Made by a program: the position numbers and the translations under genes
Part shown: in pieces, positions 50,699 to 61,662 of the stretch
How the letters are laid out: each line of letters opens with the position of its first letter
Position numbering within the stretch: position 1 is the first letter of the stretch
Origin: an uncultured Syntrophomonadaceae bacterium
GTDB lineage: Bacteria > Bacillota > Dethiobacteria > DTU022
Assembly (NCBI GenBank): GCA_964390725.1
Contig: CAYMIW010000013.1
Span: 9,086 to 73,085 of the forward strand
DNA length: 64,000 nt
Reading direction: 5' to 3'
Notes under the pieces: generated by a model
The model's database searches: none
The model's input: only the letters and a program-made list of their open reading frames with translations
What the model was told of the DNA's origin: nothing

Positions 50699-53600
50699 CT
50701 ACTTTCCACAACATTTCTTATATTTTTTGCCACTGCCGCAAGGGCAGGGATCATTGCGTCCGATCTTTTCCACGGTGACCGGCTCCTGTTTTGGCTTGGT
50801 TGCCTTACCCCCGGCGGCAGCAGGTGTTCTGTCGTTTTTTCCACGCTGATCAGGCGGTGGAGCACTTCCGCCGCCAACTGCCCTAATTGCAGGCCTGTAA
50901 CCTGTAGCCTCTCCTGTGACAGCTTCGCGGCGCGGCGCTGCCGTTACCTGGACATGATAAATAGTTCTTACCACATCAGCCTGGATCTGACGAATCATAT
51001 CTTCAAACATATCAGCACTCTGCAGGCGGTATTGAACCAGGGGATCACGCTGGCCATACGCCTGAAGATGAATCTCGTGTCTCAGCTGATGCATCACATC
51101 AATAAAGTACATCCAGTGCCGGTCAACTGTCCGCAGCAGCACAACTCTCTCAAGCTCCCTCATGATTGAAGCAGTAAGCTCTGCTTCACGCGCTTCGTAA
51201 AATGAGTGTGCCTCTTCGATTAAAACAGGACGGAGATCTTCTTTTTCTTTGTCGATCAGATCTTTGACAGGTACAGTTCCCTTGCGCAAGAAAAGATCTT
51301 CAGCTCTTTCAAGCAGGGCCCGGGCATATTCATCATCCAGAAAACCCTGTTCGATTGTATATTCCTGGATAATCCTGTCAATAATCTCTTCAACCATATC
51401 GAGGATTGGCTGTTTCATGTTTTCGCCTTCAAGAACACGCTGCCGCTGCCCGTAAATAACTTCCCTCTGCTGGTTTAAAACATCGTCATAATCAATCAGG
51501 TTACGACGAATTTCAAAGTTTCGCGCTTCAACTTTTTTCTGGGCATTTTCAATCGCCCTGCCAACCAGACCATGATCGATAGGCATATCTTCATCGATGC
51601 CGAAACGATCCATCATTGAAGCAATATTGCTTCCACCAAAAAGCCTCATCAAGTCATCTTCCAGCGAAACAAAAAATTGTGATGAACCCGGATCCCCCTG
51701 CCGTCCCGAGCGACCTCTCAGCTGGTTATCTATCCGCCGGCTCTCATGGCGCTCCGTTCCCAGAACATGCAACCCTCCCAGGTTTATTACTTCTTCGCGC
51801 TCTTTTTTGGTTTCGCTTAGAGCATCATCAATCAGTTCAGTATAACGGTTTTGCCATTTTTCACGATCTTTTTCATCAAGATCTGCTTCTTCAGTTTTGA
51901 ATTCATTCAACAGTCGTTCCCTGACCAGGTATTCCGGATTACCACCGAGGATAATATCTGTGCCCCGTCCGGCCATGTTTGTTGAAATAGTTACGGCGTT
52001 CCTGCGACCGGCCTGGGCAATAATATATGCTTCACGCGAGTGATTAACCGCATTGAGCACTTCATGTTCTACATCCTGGCGTTTAAGCATCTTGCTGAGC
52101 ATTTCCGATCTTTCTACTGAAATTGTTCCCACCAGAACAGGCTGCCCCCGTTGGCTGCATTCAATAATTTCTTCCACAACTGCTTTGAACTTGGCCCGCT
52201 CTGTTTTATAAATAATATCTGGCATTTCTTCCCTGATCAACGGCCTGTTGGTAGGAATAGCAACAACATCCATCCCGTAAATTTTACGAAATTCTTCTTC
52301 TTCGGTGAGAGCCGTCCCGGTCATTCCGGCGATTTTGCCATACATGCGAAAATAGTTCTGGAACGTTATTGAAGCAACGGTGCGCGTGGCGGCCTGAACC
52401 TCCACTCCTTCCTTGGCTTCAATGGCCTGGTGCAACCCGTCCGAGTAGCGCCGGCCCGGCATCAAACGGCCGGTAAATTCATCAACAATCAGCACTTTCC
52501 CATCCTGAACAACGTAATCAACATCACGTTCGAATAGGGAATAAGCTTTTATCAACTGGTCAAAGTAATGGCGATGCTCAGAAGCTTTTTCAGATTCATG
52601 TTCGTCAACCAGTTCTTCTTCCTCGGCACGTTCTTTTCCCAACTGCAATAGTTTTAAGAGCTGGGGATTAACCCGTTCCAGCTCACGGTACCCTTTGTCC
52701 TTGATATCAGCCAGGCGCGATGTTTCATCTATAATATAGTAGAGCTCTTCATCAAGATGGTTAAGCCGTTTCTCGGTCATTAATACCTGCTTGGTCCGTT
52801 CAACCATCTTTTCTATTCCCGGCTCTTTCATCATTTTCAACAAATTTTTATTTTTAGGGGAGCCGCGTCTGGCCAATAAAAGTTTTTCGGCTGCTTCTTC
52901 GGGATTTCCCTCTTCAAGATCGCGCTTCGCCGCATTTAGTAAATCTACAACCAGTTTACTCTGGCGGCGGATCAGGTGTTCAACCTCTTTTTTCCAGCGC
53001 CCGTATTCTTCTTTTGCTTCAACTCGGCTACTAATAATTAAAGGAGTGCGGGCTTCGTCAATGAGAATGCTGTCAACCTCGTCAACAATGGCAAAGTTCA
53101 GACCCTGCTGCACCATATCCTGCTTGTAAAGAACCATGTTATCGCGAAGATAATCAAACCCGAGTTCATTATTAGTAGCATAAATAATATCACTGCTATA
53201 GTTTTCCCGGCGTTCAGCAGGTTCAAGACCCTGAACCACCAACCCTACCGTCAGGCCGAGGAATTCATAAATTGGGCCCATCCACTCACGGTCCCGCCGG
53301 GCCAGGTAATCATTAACCGTTACTATATGCACGCCTTTGCCAGTTAATGCATTAAGGTAAGCCGGCAGGGTAGCAACAAGAGTTTTTCCTTCACCTGTTT
53401 TCATTTCGGCAATCCGCCCCTGGTGTAAAACAATAGCGCCGAGCACCTGTACATCAAAAGGCCTCATACCTGTTTTTCTGTAGGCTGCCTCCCGGGCCAG
53501 GGCATAAGCCTCGGGCAGGATATCATCAAGGGTTTCTCCGCCGGCAAGACGTTCTTTTAATAATTCGGTCTGCCGGGGAAATTCACTCTCTTCCAGCGCT

Positions 53601-53704
53601 GAAGCCCATTCTTCCAAAGCATTAACCCGGTCAACGGTTTTCTCCAGGCGTTTTACTTCTTTTTCATTGGGGTCACCAAATAATTTTTTCATAAATGCAG
53701 CCAT
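50699..53704 (-). CDS. secA: Preprotein translocase ATPase SecA.
   Basis: Start MAAFMKKLFGD with a GAAAGGAG RBS. The C-terminus CPCGSGKKYKKCCGK is the zinc-binding tail. The upstream 37 codons in the ORF track are probably not translated. Confidence 0.95.
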   Translation of the reverse strand: MAAFMKKLFGDPNEKEVKRLEKTVDRVNALEEWASALEESEFPRQTELLKERLAGGETLDDILPEAYALAREAAYRKTGMRPFDVQVLGAIVLHQGRIAEMKTGEGKTLVATLPAYLNALTGKGVHIVTVNDYLARRDREWMGPIYEFLGLTVGLVVQGLEPAERRENYSSDIIYATNNELGFDYLRDNMVLYKQDMVQQGLNFAIVDEVDSILIDEARTPLIISSRVEAKEEYGRWKKEVEHLIRRQSKLVVDLLNAAKRDLEEGNPEEAAEKLLLARRGSPKNKNLLKMMKEPGIEKMVERTKQVLMTEKRLNHLDEELYYIIDETSRLADIKDKGYRELERVNPQLLKLLQLGKERAEEEELVDEHESEKASEHRHYFDQLIKAYSLFERDVDYVVQDGKVLIVDEFTGRLMPGRRYSDGLHQAIEAKEGVEVQAATRTVASITFQNYFRMYGKIAGMTGTALTEEEEFRKIYGMDVVAIPTNRPLIREEMPDIIYKTERAKFKAVVEEIIECSQRGQPVLVGTISVERSEMLSKMLKRQDVEHEVLNAVNHSREAYIIAQAGRRNAVTISTNMAGRGTDIILGGNPEYLVRERLLNEFKTEEADLDEKDREKWQNRYTELIDDALSETKKEREEVINLGGLHVLGTERHESRRIDNQLRGRSGRQGDPGSSQFFVSLEDDLMRLFGGSNIASMMDRFGIDEDMPIDHGLVGRAIENAQKKVEARNFEIRRNLIDYDDVLNQQREVIYGQRQRVLEGENMKQPILDMVEEIIDRIIQEYTIEQGFLDDEYARALLERAEDLFLRKGTVPVKDLIDKEKEDLRPVLIEEAHSFYEAREAELTASIMRELERVVLLRTVDRHWMYFIDVMHQLRHEIHLQAYGQRDPLVQYRLQSADMFEDMIRQIQADVVRTIYHVQVTAAPRREAVTGEATGYRPAIRAVGGGSAPPPDQRGKNDRTPAAAGGKATKPKQEPVTVEKIGRNDPCPCGSGKKYKKCCGK

Positions 53705-53717
53705 CAGGTTACTCCTT

Positions 53718-54830
53718 TCAGCGGGTCGGAGCCAATTCTTCGCACAAAGCCCACATGCTACCCGAAACCAGGGAATGCCCTCCCAACACGACCGGTATGG
53801 GACAATCTTTCGCAAGACGGGTAAATTCCTTCAACCAGGGATTCTCAACCTGTTCCCAGCAGCCGAGATCCGATAAAAATCGATCACTGTCACTCAGTTC
53901 AAGTTTATAATGATACATTAAAACCCTGCTGTCAATAAAGGCACAGCGGGCCAGTTCCGGCAAATAGCGGAAAAATTTATGCAGCCCGGCGTGCTCAAGC
54001 AGAAGGCCAAGCAATGATATTACCTGACCCTTATCTATACGGCCCAGTGATTTCATGCCTCTTTCTTCGGAAAAGACCCGCAGGCGCAGCTTTAATAACT
54101 CGTTAAGCCTGCCAATAATAGGCGCTCCGACACGACCGATTAATACAACATCCTCGTACTCGGCTGATAGCACAGCTTTTGCTTTTTCCAAAGTACTGTA
54201 GTCTAAACTCAACTTGTCAAGCATTTGCCTGGTCCTCGTATCACAAAAGGGACCGGCTCCGAGAACAAGCAGATCAGTTGGGGTATCTATGTCAAACAAA
54301 AGGCCCAGAGAATGAGGCATCAGCTCCATTTCAAGGCCAAGTTGATCTCTTAAAGTAAGGGCCAGGCTGTTATCCATCGCAGGTAGTTCGGTGTCTTGCA
54401 GGTCAGCGGTTACAGTAAAAGCAACCATGTCCGCTGATTGTGTATTATTGGTATATACAAAACGATCCCTCTGTGTCAGCTTTCTGCAGATCATCTCCAG
54501 CTCATTGACTGTGATCAGAGGACAACCCGCTCCGTTCAGACAAAATACTCTATCCAGTCTGTGCTTTTTAATTACTGCTTTCAGCTCGTTACCAAAATGA
54601 AATTGTTCGCCTGTAAGTGAATTCAGGGTCACCTCTGCTCCCAATGAAGTAGCAGGCTCGACAAGTTCAGGCCGATTAGTATGCAGGTAGATCCGTTCAA
54701 GACAACCAACCTTTTTCATCTTTTCGAGATTGTCAAGCAGCGCGGCCTGCCGGACATCCACCATTATCTTTTCAATAGTACTACAGGGATTCGACCCCTC
54801 AAATATTACTGCACTGACACCCATCTTCAT
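53718..54830 (-). CDS. Hypothetical two-domain protein. The N-terminal half resembles MobA/CofC-like NTP transferases.
   Basis: 370 aa. LFDIDTPTDL resembles the D-x-D-T-P-E-D-L motif of MobA/CofC-type nucleotidyltransferases. The C-terminal 170 aa were not recognised. Confidence 0.35.
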   Translation of the reverse strand: MKMGVSAVIFEGSNPCSTIEKIMVDVRQAALLDNLEKMKKVGCLERIYLHTNRPELVEPATSLGAEVTLNSLTGEQFHFGNELKAVIKKHRLDRVFCLNGAGCPLITVNELEMICRKLTQRDRFVYTNNTQSADMVAFTVTADLQDTELPAMDNSLALTLRDQLGLEMELMPHSLGLLFDIDTPTDLLVLGAGPFCDTRTRQMLDKLSLDYSTLEKAKAVLSAEYEDVVLIGRVGAPIIGRLNELLKLRLRVFSEERGMKSLGRIDKGQVISLLGLLLEHAGLHKFFRYLPELARCAFIDSRVLMYHYKLELSDSDRFLSDLGCWEQVENPWLKEFTRLAKDCPIPVVLGGHSLVSGSMWALCEELAPTR

Positions 54831-54899
54831 TCAAAAAGACCTCTTCTCAAACCATTCCATACATCATTGGGCAGTTTATGCTCTGTTTCCGGGGAGCTT

Positions 54900-55439
54900 C
54901 TATTCAGGTTCAATTAAACCATAATTCCCGTCTTTACGCTTATAAACCACATTGACAGCATCATTTTCGTCACTGGTATAGACAAAGAAGTTGTGACCCA
55001 GAAGATCCATTTGCAAAATGGCTTCCTCGGTGCTCATTGGCTTCAGAGTAAAGCGCTTGGTTTTAACCAGTTTTGGTGCTTCTTCTTCGCTTCTTTCCAC
55101 AGCCTCGTTTGCCGCATGCTTCTCGCTTATCACACGGACTCCCTGCTGCCGCAGCGATTTATTCATCCTGGTTTTATATTTTTTAACCTGTCTCTCGAGT
55201 TTGTCGACAACCATATCAATGGAAGCATACATATCACCTGTTGATTCTTCGCCTCTTAAGATTAAACCATTTAAATTCATTGTAACCTCAACAATATGTT
55301 CATCGCGAATAACGCTTAAAACAACCTGGACGTCGGTAGCCTTATCAAAATGCTTTTCAAGTTTGCCAAGTTTTTTTTCAGCATAATCAATAAGCGCCGG
55401 TGTTGCTTCAATGTTTTTACCGCGAACTGAGATTCTCAT
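54900..55439 (-). CDS. hpf: Ribosome hibernation promoting factor (long form).
   Basis: 179 aa. MRISVRGKNIEATPALIDYAEKKL N-domain and a C-terminal dimerisation domain. Confidence 0.9.
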   Translation of the reverse strand: MRISVRGKNIEATPALIDYAEKKLGKLEKHFDKATDVQVVLSVIRDEHIVEVTMNLNGLILRGEESTGDMYASIDMVVDKLERQVKKYKTRMNKSLRQQGVRVISEKHAANEAVERSEEEAPKLVKTKRFTLKPMSTEEAILQMDLLGHNFFVYTSDENDAVNVVYKRKDGNYGLIEPE

Positions 55440-55527
55440 TTATATCTACCTCCCGCTTTATAGTATAAGAACTATAATACTATAAATACTATTCCCCAGT
55501 CCAGTACAAAATCCTGCCTGAGACATT

Positions 55528-56283
55528 TTAGTCCCTTGAACGACGATTATAAGCTATAGCAGCTGCATGGACCAGCGCTCCCTCATTTTTTAAAACAGAA
55601 GCGGCTTCATTCATGGTGGAACCTGTTGAAAATATGTCATCAACCAGCAGTATCCTTGTGCCCGGAGCAAATTCGCCATTTACTTTAAATGCTCCCCTGA
55701 TATTTTCACGTCTTTCCCTGCGAGAGATAGTTGTCTGTGAGCAAGTGTTGATAACGCGTTTTAAAAGATTTACACAGGGAACTCCCAGTGCCCGGGCAGC
55801 ACTGCGGCCCACCAGTTCACTCTGGTTATAGCCTCTTTCACACTCCCTTGATCTGTGTAACGGCACGGGAACAACCAGGTCGAAAAACATTCGTGTTGCT
55901 CCAGCAATTTCACTGCCCAGCCACAACCCGAGAGGCCTGGCCAGACTGCGCCGTTGACGGTATTTTAAATTATGAAGCATATCACGCCAGCCTGTCTCAT
56001 AAAATGAAAGGCAATAGAGGCTCTCTATGGGATACCACCCGGGCAGGCATTTACACGACGGCAATTCAAATCCATACTGTTCACAAATAGGGCATACATA
56101 ACCTGCATAGGTATAAGTGTCGGCACAGGTTGAACAAAGGGGAACTATAAGCCGGCCCGGTAAGACAGTTCGGCATATAAGGCAGCGTTCGGGATAGAGC
56201 AGGCTTAGCAGAGAATCAATTATGCCGGTTTTGTTTCTTCTGATAACCGGGCCCGGGTTACCATTATTGATCAATCGGTCCAC
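55528..56283 (-). CDS. comFC: ComF-family protein (competence protein ComFC; PRTase fold with N-terminal zinc finger).
   Basis: 251 aa with an N-terminal CxxC...CxxC and C-terminal PRTase motifs (LLVDDIFSTGST). Confidence 0.75.
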   Translation of the reverse strand: MDRLINNGNPGPVIRRNKTGIIDSLLSLLYPERCLICRTVLPGRLIVPLCSTCADTYTYAGYVCPICEQYGFELPSCKCLPGWYPIESLYCLSFYETGWRDMLHNLKYRQRRSLARPLGLWLGSEIAGATRMFFDLVVPVPLHRSRECERGYNQSELVGRSAARALGVPCVNLLKRVINTCSQTTISRRERRENIRGAFKVNGEFAPGTRILLVDDIFSTGSTMNEAASVLKNEGALVHAAAIAYNRRSRD

Positions 56284-58474
56284 CCCTGCTTAACCTTTTA
56301 CTGAGACTGCTGTATCTTTTCTCGGCCTTGTTATTACGCACTGCAATGGCCAGAGCTTTTTTACTGCCTACAAGAACAGCCAGCTTACGGGCCCTGGTAA
56401 TTCCTGTGTAGAGAAGATTCCTCTGTAAAAGCATATAGTGCTGGGTTAAAACCGGCATAATAATAACCGGATATTCACTACCCTGGCTTTTATGAACCGA
56501 AACGGCATACGACAGAACAAGTTCGTCAAGCTCTGTAAAATCATAAGAGACCGGTCTCGGCAGCAACATCTCCCGGAATGTTACCACGAGTTCGCCTTCT
56601 TCCCGGTCAATGGCTGTTATTATACCTATATCGCCATTGAAAACTTCTTTCTGGTAATTATTTCGGATCTGCATAACCTTGTCGCCCAGTCTGTATAATA
56701 CTCCCCTGGCCGTCGTTTCAGGTTTACCACGGGCGGGGGGGTTTAATGCTTCCTGAAGCAATAGGTTAAGCCGATCTACCCCGGCTGCAGTTTTACGCAT
56801 TGGGGTCAGTACCTGTAGATCCAACAGGGGATCGTACGGCCCATAATTAGGCAGCCGCTCACGGCAGAGCTGAACGACAAGCTTTGCCGCATGTTCGGCA
56901 TCCTCTTCATTTATAAAGAAAAAATCTTTATTCTTTATATTTAAATAAGGCATTTCACCCTGGTTAACCCGGTGGGCGTTAACTGTAATCATACTTTCAC
57001 GCGCCTGCCTGAATATGTGGCCCAGCCGAATACAGGGGATTTCACCCGATTCAATCAAATCACGCAACACATTGCCGGCTCCCACCGCAGGGAGCTGGTC
57101 AATATCACCGACCATAATTAACCGGCAGCCATAGGGGAGAGCTTTTAGCAGATTATACATCAGCAATAAATCAACCATTGAAGCTTCATCTATAATAACC
57201 ACCTGTCCGTCGACAGGGTTCTTTTCGTTACGCTGAAAACGGAAACCTTCACCTTCGGAAAAGCTGTACTCCAGTAAACGGTGAATTGTGAAAGCTTCCT
57301 GTGAGGTGGCTTCTGTTACCCTTTTTGCGGCACGACCAGTGGGAGCTGCCAGGATTACCCGCTGTTTCATTTCCTGAAACACCCTCAGGAGCGCTTTAAT
57401 AGTTGTTGTTTTACCTGTTCCCGGCCCCCCTGTAACTACCAAAACCCCATTTTCAATAGCCCTGCCCAAAACTTCAAGCTGTTCATCGGTTAAGTGAGCA
57501 CTGTCGTGCCTGACCTTACCAAGTGCCTGGTTTGCTTCCAACGCAGCAAAAGGTTTAACGTTACTGCCCAGCTGTTGTAAAAGTCGGGCAGCACCATGTT
57601 CGGCCTGGTAGAAAGGTGCGTAATAAACGCCCAGTTCATCATCCTCTTCCAGATGCAGCTTTCCTGCTTGAACCAAATGCTTCAGCTGCTTTGAAAAAAA
57701 ATCTTCCTCCAGCTCTTTACCATTAACGGCAAGTAGTTCTCCTACCCTTTCAAGCAAAACCGGCGCAGGCAGAAACACGTGTCCCTGCTCGGATGCACGA
57801 CTCAGTGTGTAGGTGATTGCCGACTGTACTCGTTCGGGCGCTCCTGCGGGCAATCCCATCTGGCGGGCAATTTTATCAGCCGTTTTAAAACCAATACCAA
57901 AAACATCCTCAGCCATCCGGTAGGGATTCTCCTGCACGCAGCTGACTGTTTCCGAACCATAGCGGCGATAAAGACGCATGGCCTGATTGACGGTAACACC
58001 GTAACTCTGCAGAAATACCAGGACATTCTGTATATCTTTATACTGGCTGTAGCTTTTGATAATGTTCGCTGCTTTTACTGTCCCGATACCTTCTATTTCC
58101 TGCAGGCGGTGAGGTTCTTTTTCCATTATTTCCAGGGCATCTAAGCCAAAAGCTTTAACAATACGCTCCGCGGTGACTGGTCCAATACCCTTAATTAAAC
58201 CGGAAGCCAGGTAACTTTTCATCCCTTCTTCGGTTACCGGCATCAGTCTTTCCCATTGTTCAACCTCCAGCTGCTTTCCGTAGCGTTTATGCACCTGCCA
58301 TTCGCCCTTTATTTGCAGATTTTCACCTTCCTGCAGCGGAGGGAAACTACCGACAATAACCAGAGACTTACCATCGCTGCAGCGAAAGCTGCCAACAAGG
58401 TAAGCGCTTTCTTCGTTATAGTACCTGATCTTTTCCAGGGTTCCCTCGAATTTTTCCAGCAGTCTATCCCCCAA
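56264..58474 (-). CDS. recD2: RecD2-like SF1 ATP-dependent DNA helicase.
   Basis: 736 aa with N-terminal HhH/OB domains and Walker A VTGGPGTGKTT. Confidence 0.85.
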   Translation of the reverse strand: MGDRLLEKFEGTLEKIRYYNEESAYLVGSFRCSDGKSLVIVGSFPPLQEGENLQIKGEWQVHKRYGKQLEVEQWERLMPVTEEGMKSYLASGLIKGIGPVTAERIVKAFGLDALEIMEKEPHRLQEIEGIGTVKAANIIKSYSQYKDIQNVLVFLQSYGVTVNQAMRLYRRYGSETVSCVQENPYRMAEDVFGIGFKTADKIARQMGLPAGAPERVQSAITYTLSRASEQGHVFLPAPVLLERVGELLAVNGKELEEDFFSKQLKHLVQAGKLHLEEDDELGVYYAPFYQAEHGAARLLQQLGSNVKPFAALEANQALGKVRHDSAHLTDEQLEVLGRAIENGVLVVTGGPGTGKTTTIKALLRVFQEMKQRVILAAPTGRAAKRVTEATSQEAFTIHRLLEYSFSEGEGFRFQRNEKNPVDGQVVIIDEASMVDLLLMYNLLKALPYGCRLIMVGDIDQLPAVGAGNVLRDLIESGEIPCIRLGHIFRQARESMITVNAHRVNQGEMPYLNIKNKDFFFINEEDAEHAAKLVVQLCRERLPNYGPYDPLLDLQVLTPMRKTAAGVDRLNLLLQEALNPPARGKPETTARGVLYRLGDKVMQIRNNYQKEVFNGDIGIITAIDREEGELVVTFREMLLPRPVSYDFTELDELVLSYAVSVHKSQGSEYPVIIMPVLTQHYMLLQRNLLYTGITRARKLAVLVGSKKALAIAVRNNKAEKRYSSLSKRLSRGGPIDQ

Positions 58475-58571
58475 TCACTTACCCTGCCGCCCGGAAACCG
58501 GTTTTTTTAACGGCTGGTTTTTATGCTAATAGCTCAGCTATTTATCAGTAATTTATAGGTTATTTTCCAGT

Positions 58572-59378
58572 TTATTTTTTGAGCGGGCCAATTTTATTTT
58601 TCCGGTAAGCATTGGAAAAATTGCGGCAATGGCGATCTCGACCCATCAGGGCCTCAACAGCAAGCATTGTAGTCATTATATCCCTGTTCAACGGATCCAT
58701 AATAGCCGAATCCATCCCCTCATAAAGGGCCAGGGCCAGGAAATTCTGGTTGACCACTTTGCGTAAAGGCATCCCAAAAGAAATATTGCTGAGCCCTGAA
58801 GTAACCTTTATTGTAGGGTAAATCTCTTTCACCGCTTTCAGGGTGCCAGCGAATCGTTTGAAAGATTCATTGTCGGTGGAAAGGGTCATAACCAATGGAT
58901 CAACATGAATACGGGAAGGGTCTATATTATAACTTTTTGCTTTTTCAACAATTTTTTTAGTGATATCAACCCTGGTCTGCACATCTGCAGGGATACCCCG
59001 GTTATCACAGGTCAGGGCAACTATGTCCCATTCCGTTCCCTCGACTAACGGAAAGATAACCTCGCACTTATCTCCTTCATCTGAAACTGAATTAATCAAA
59101 CCAGGCCGTTTCGCCCTGTTAATTACCTGCTTGATTATATCAGCGTTGGGACTGTCGATGGATAATGGCACATCCACTACATCCTGGACCAGGTCAATCA
59201 GCCATTCAAGAGTTTCTACCTCTTTTTCGGGTACCGTGCCGGCACAGACATCAATATAATCGGCACCTGCTTCTGCCTGACGTAAAGCCAGGCTCTGAAT
59301 AAAAGCAGCATTTTTTGCATCAATTGCTTCCCTGACACTGGGAATGGTTCCATTAATTTTTTCTCCTATTATTATCAC
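58572..59378 (-). CDS. Pterin-binding methyltransferase of the methyl-THF:corrinoid type (MtrH/AcsE-like).
   Basis: 268 aa beginning MIIIGEKINGTIPSVREAI... with ...GADYIDVCAG..., a pterin-binding TIM barrel. Confidence 0.65.
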   Translation of the reverse strand: MIIIGEKINGTIPSVREAIDAKNAAFIQSLALRQAEAGADYIDVCAGTVPEKEVETLEWLIDLVQDVVDVPLSIDSPNADIIKQVINRAKRPGLINSVSDEGDKCEVIFPLVEGTEWDIVALTCDNRGIPADVQTRVDITKKIVEKAKSYNIDPSRIHVDPLVMTLSTDNESFKRFAGTLKAVKEIYPTIKVTSGLSNISFGMPLRKVVNQNFLALALYEGMDSAIMDPLNRDIMTTMLAVEALMGRDRHCRNFSNAYRKNKIGPLKK

Positions 59379-59534
59379 GAAAATTACTCCTCCTTTAACT
59401 TCGTCAAATGAAATTGTCGTTTAACCTCGTATATTGTATTTAATCATATCCAGCCCTCATTTTATTGTCAACAAAACCCCCGGTCAGAGGCTGATGCCTC
59501 TAAGCGGGGGCCGTTGTTTAATCACTTTTAATTG

Positions 59535-60722
59535 TTAGAGCACTTCCCTGAGTAGATCCGCCTTGTCCAATTTTTCCCAGGGCAAATCAAGCTCAGGCCG
59601 TCCAAAATGACCATAAGCTGCAAGACGCTGGTAAATAGGGCGGCGCAGGTTAAGACGCTCTATGATTGCAGCCGGACGGAGATCAAAGTGTTTGCGAACC
59701 AGGTTTTCAATTACCGGCACCGGCACTTTTTCGGTGCCATAAGTTTCAACCATAATTGAAACCGGCTTTGAAACCCCAATGGCATAAGCCACCTGCAGCT
59801 GGCACTTCGAAGCCAGGCCTGCAGCAACAATATTTTTCGCCACGTGGCGGGCAGCATAAGATGCAGAACGATCTACTTTTGTCGGATCTTTGCCCGAAAA
59901 TGCTCCTCCTCCATGGGCGGCATAACCACCGTAGGTATCCACGATAATTTTACGTCCGGTCAGCCCGGCATCACCCTGGGGACCACCGACAACAAAACGG
60001 CCGGTCGGATTGATCAGGAACCTTGTTTCTTTATTGAGTAATTCAGCCGGAATGATTTTCTTGATTACCTGTTCCACCAGGTCACTTTCTATTTGCTCCA
60101 GGGTAACCTTATCACTGTGCTGTGCTGAAACCACAATAGTTTCAACATGGGAAGGTCGTCCTTCCCGGTAAGCTATGCTCACCTGGGTTTTACCATCAGG
60201 CCGTAAATATTTAAGAATACCTTTTTTTCGCACCAGCGCCAGCTGCTGGGCCAGTTTATGGGCCAGTGAAATCGGTAAAGGCATCAGTTCCGGGGTTTCA
60301 TCACAGGCAAACCCAAACATTAAACCCTGGTCACCAGCCCCGGTAAGATCAAATGGATCTGCCTGTTCGCTGCTCCTGGTTTCCAGGGCCCGGTTAACTC
60401 CCTGGGCGATATCGGGCGATTGTTCATCAATTGAACTAAGCACCGCACAGGTTTCTCCATCGAAACCGAACTTGGCCCTGGTATAACCGATTTCCTTAAC
60501 CTTATCCCTGACCACTTTCGGTATATCGACATAACATTCAGTTGTTATTTCTCCCGAAACCATGACAAGACCCGTTGTAACCAGGGTTTCTGCTGCCACC
60601 CTGCCCTGGGGATCCTGTTCCATTATTGCATCCAGTATGGCATCGGATATTTGATCGGCCAACTTATCAGGATGCCCTTCGGTTACGGATTCTGAGGTGA
60701 ATAAATAGCTATTCTGAAACAC
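59535..60722 (-). CDS. metK: S-adenosylmethionine synthetase.
   Basis: 395 aa. [31 protein letters not shown]... Confidence 0.95.
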   Translation of the reverse strand: MFQNSYLFTSESVTEGHPDKLADQISDAILDAIMEQDPQGRVAAETLVTTGLVMVSGEITTECYVDIPKVVRDKVKEIGYTRAKFGFDGETCAVLSSIDEQSPDIAQGVNRALETRSSEQADPFDLTGAGDQGLMFGFACDETPELMPLPISLAHKLAQQLALVRKKGILKYLRPDGKTQVSIAYREGRPSHVETIVVSAQHSDKVTLEQIESDLVEQVIKKIIPAELLNKETRFLINPTGRFVVGGPQGDAGLTGRKIIVDTYGGYAAHGGGAFSGKDPTKVDRSASYAARHVAKNIVAAGLASKCQLQVAYAIGVSKPVSIMVETYGTEKVPVPVIENLVRKHFDLRPAAIIERLNLRRPIYQRLAAYGHFGRPELDLPWEKLDKADLLREVL

Positions 60723-60772
60723 TTATATTGCCTCCTTTAGAACTGGATTGTATGTAATGAAAAGCGCCAAAA

Positions 60773-60916
60773 TAAAAAAACCTCTTTCGGTCCAAGAGGC
60801 TCGATGGCACACCTCATCTCCCGGAGTCTTTTGACCCCGCAGCAATTGGCACCGTGGCTACTATGCCCGGTTGCCGGGATTCATCGGGGCTGTCCCTCCT
60901 CCACTCTTGATAAGAG
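60773..60916 (-). ncRNA. SAM-I (S-box) riboswitch with terminator, in the metK leader.
   Basis: The minus strand reads CTCTTATCAAGAGTGGAGGAGGGACAGCCCCGATGAATCCCGGCAACC...CCACGGTGCCAATTGCTGC...GAGATGAGG. It is followed by the hairpin CCTCTTGGACCGAAAGAGG and a T-run. Confidence 0.75.
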
Positions 60917-61005
60917 TATTTTTATTCGGTTATATTAGAATAATACATCAGCAAATACAGCAAGTCAACAGCATCAAGCACCGTTGTGTAAGGGTCCCGT
61001 TCTGT

Positions 61006-61653
61006 TTATTTCTGCCAGGCATCTTGCAGTATTGCTATTACTTCCCTGTCTTCAACCTGGCTAAAGTCTTTGTAGAACTGGCCGACTGCAGCAAAATTAA
61101 CCGGCGCTTCAAGGTAAATCAGGGCATCAACTTCCTTGTTCAGTTCTTCCAGAGTTTCCGGTGGACCGACCGGGACTGCAAGAACCAGTTCGGCCGGGTT
61201 CTGCTTGACTATAGAACGCAGGGCTGCCAGCAGAGTATATCCTGTTGCCACACCATCGTCCACTAGTATGACAAGCTGATTTTCAATAAAGGGTACTGGC
61301 CGCTTACCCCTGTATAGCGCAAGACGACGTTTAATTTCAGCTCGCTCACGCCCGGCTGCCTCTTCAATGTAATCAGGAGATATACCTATTCGGGAAATCA
61401 ACGTTTCATTCAGCATTAAAAACCCATCGCCACCGGTAGCCCCAATAGCCAGCTCATGCTGGTGAGGAGCCCCAATTTTACGGGTTATGATCAAATCGAG
61501 TTCACCGCCCAGAGCATCATGTATCGGATCGGCAACCACAATTCCACCCCGCGGAACGGCCAGAATCAGAGGATCACGGCCCCGGTAAGATACCAGCCGG
61601 GAGGCAAGCCGCTCCCCGGCTTCCCTGCGATCCCTGAACATCATCTTCATCAT
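61006..61653 (-). CDS. Type I phosphoribosyltransferase-family protein.
   Basis: 215 aa. The PRPP-binding motif VILVDDGVATGYT is present. Confidence 0.7.
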   Translation of the reverse strand: MMKMMFRDRREAGERLASRLVSYRGRDPLILAVPRGGIVVADPIHDALGGELDLIITRKIGAPHQHELAIGATGGDGFLMLNETLISRIGISPDYIEEAAGRERAEIKRRLALYRGKRPVPFIENQLVILVDDGVATGYTLLAALRSIVKQNPAELVLAVPVGPPETLEELNKEVDALIYLEAPVNFAAVGQFYKDFSQVEDREVIAILQDAWQK

Positions 61654-61662
61654 CTCCTTTAT

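Noticed and set aside
50641-50877. A 78-aa minus-strand ORF between prfB and secA.
   Set aside because: It overlaps the secA C-terminus and the prfB frame-0 leader. The prfB programmed frameshift explains the short reading frames here.
53718-54830. Whether this gene is the missing yvcK (UPF0052), given that rapZ and whiA elsewhere in the window lack it.
   Set aside because: There is no glycine-rich YvcK/CofD N-terminal motif. The sequence fits an NTP-transferase fold better, and the gene is far from rapZ and whiA.
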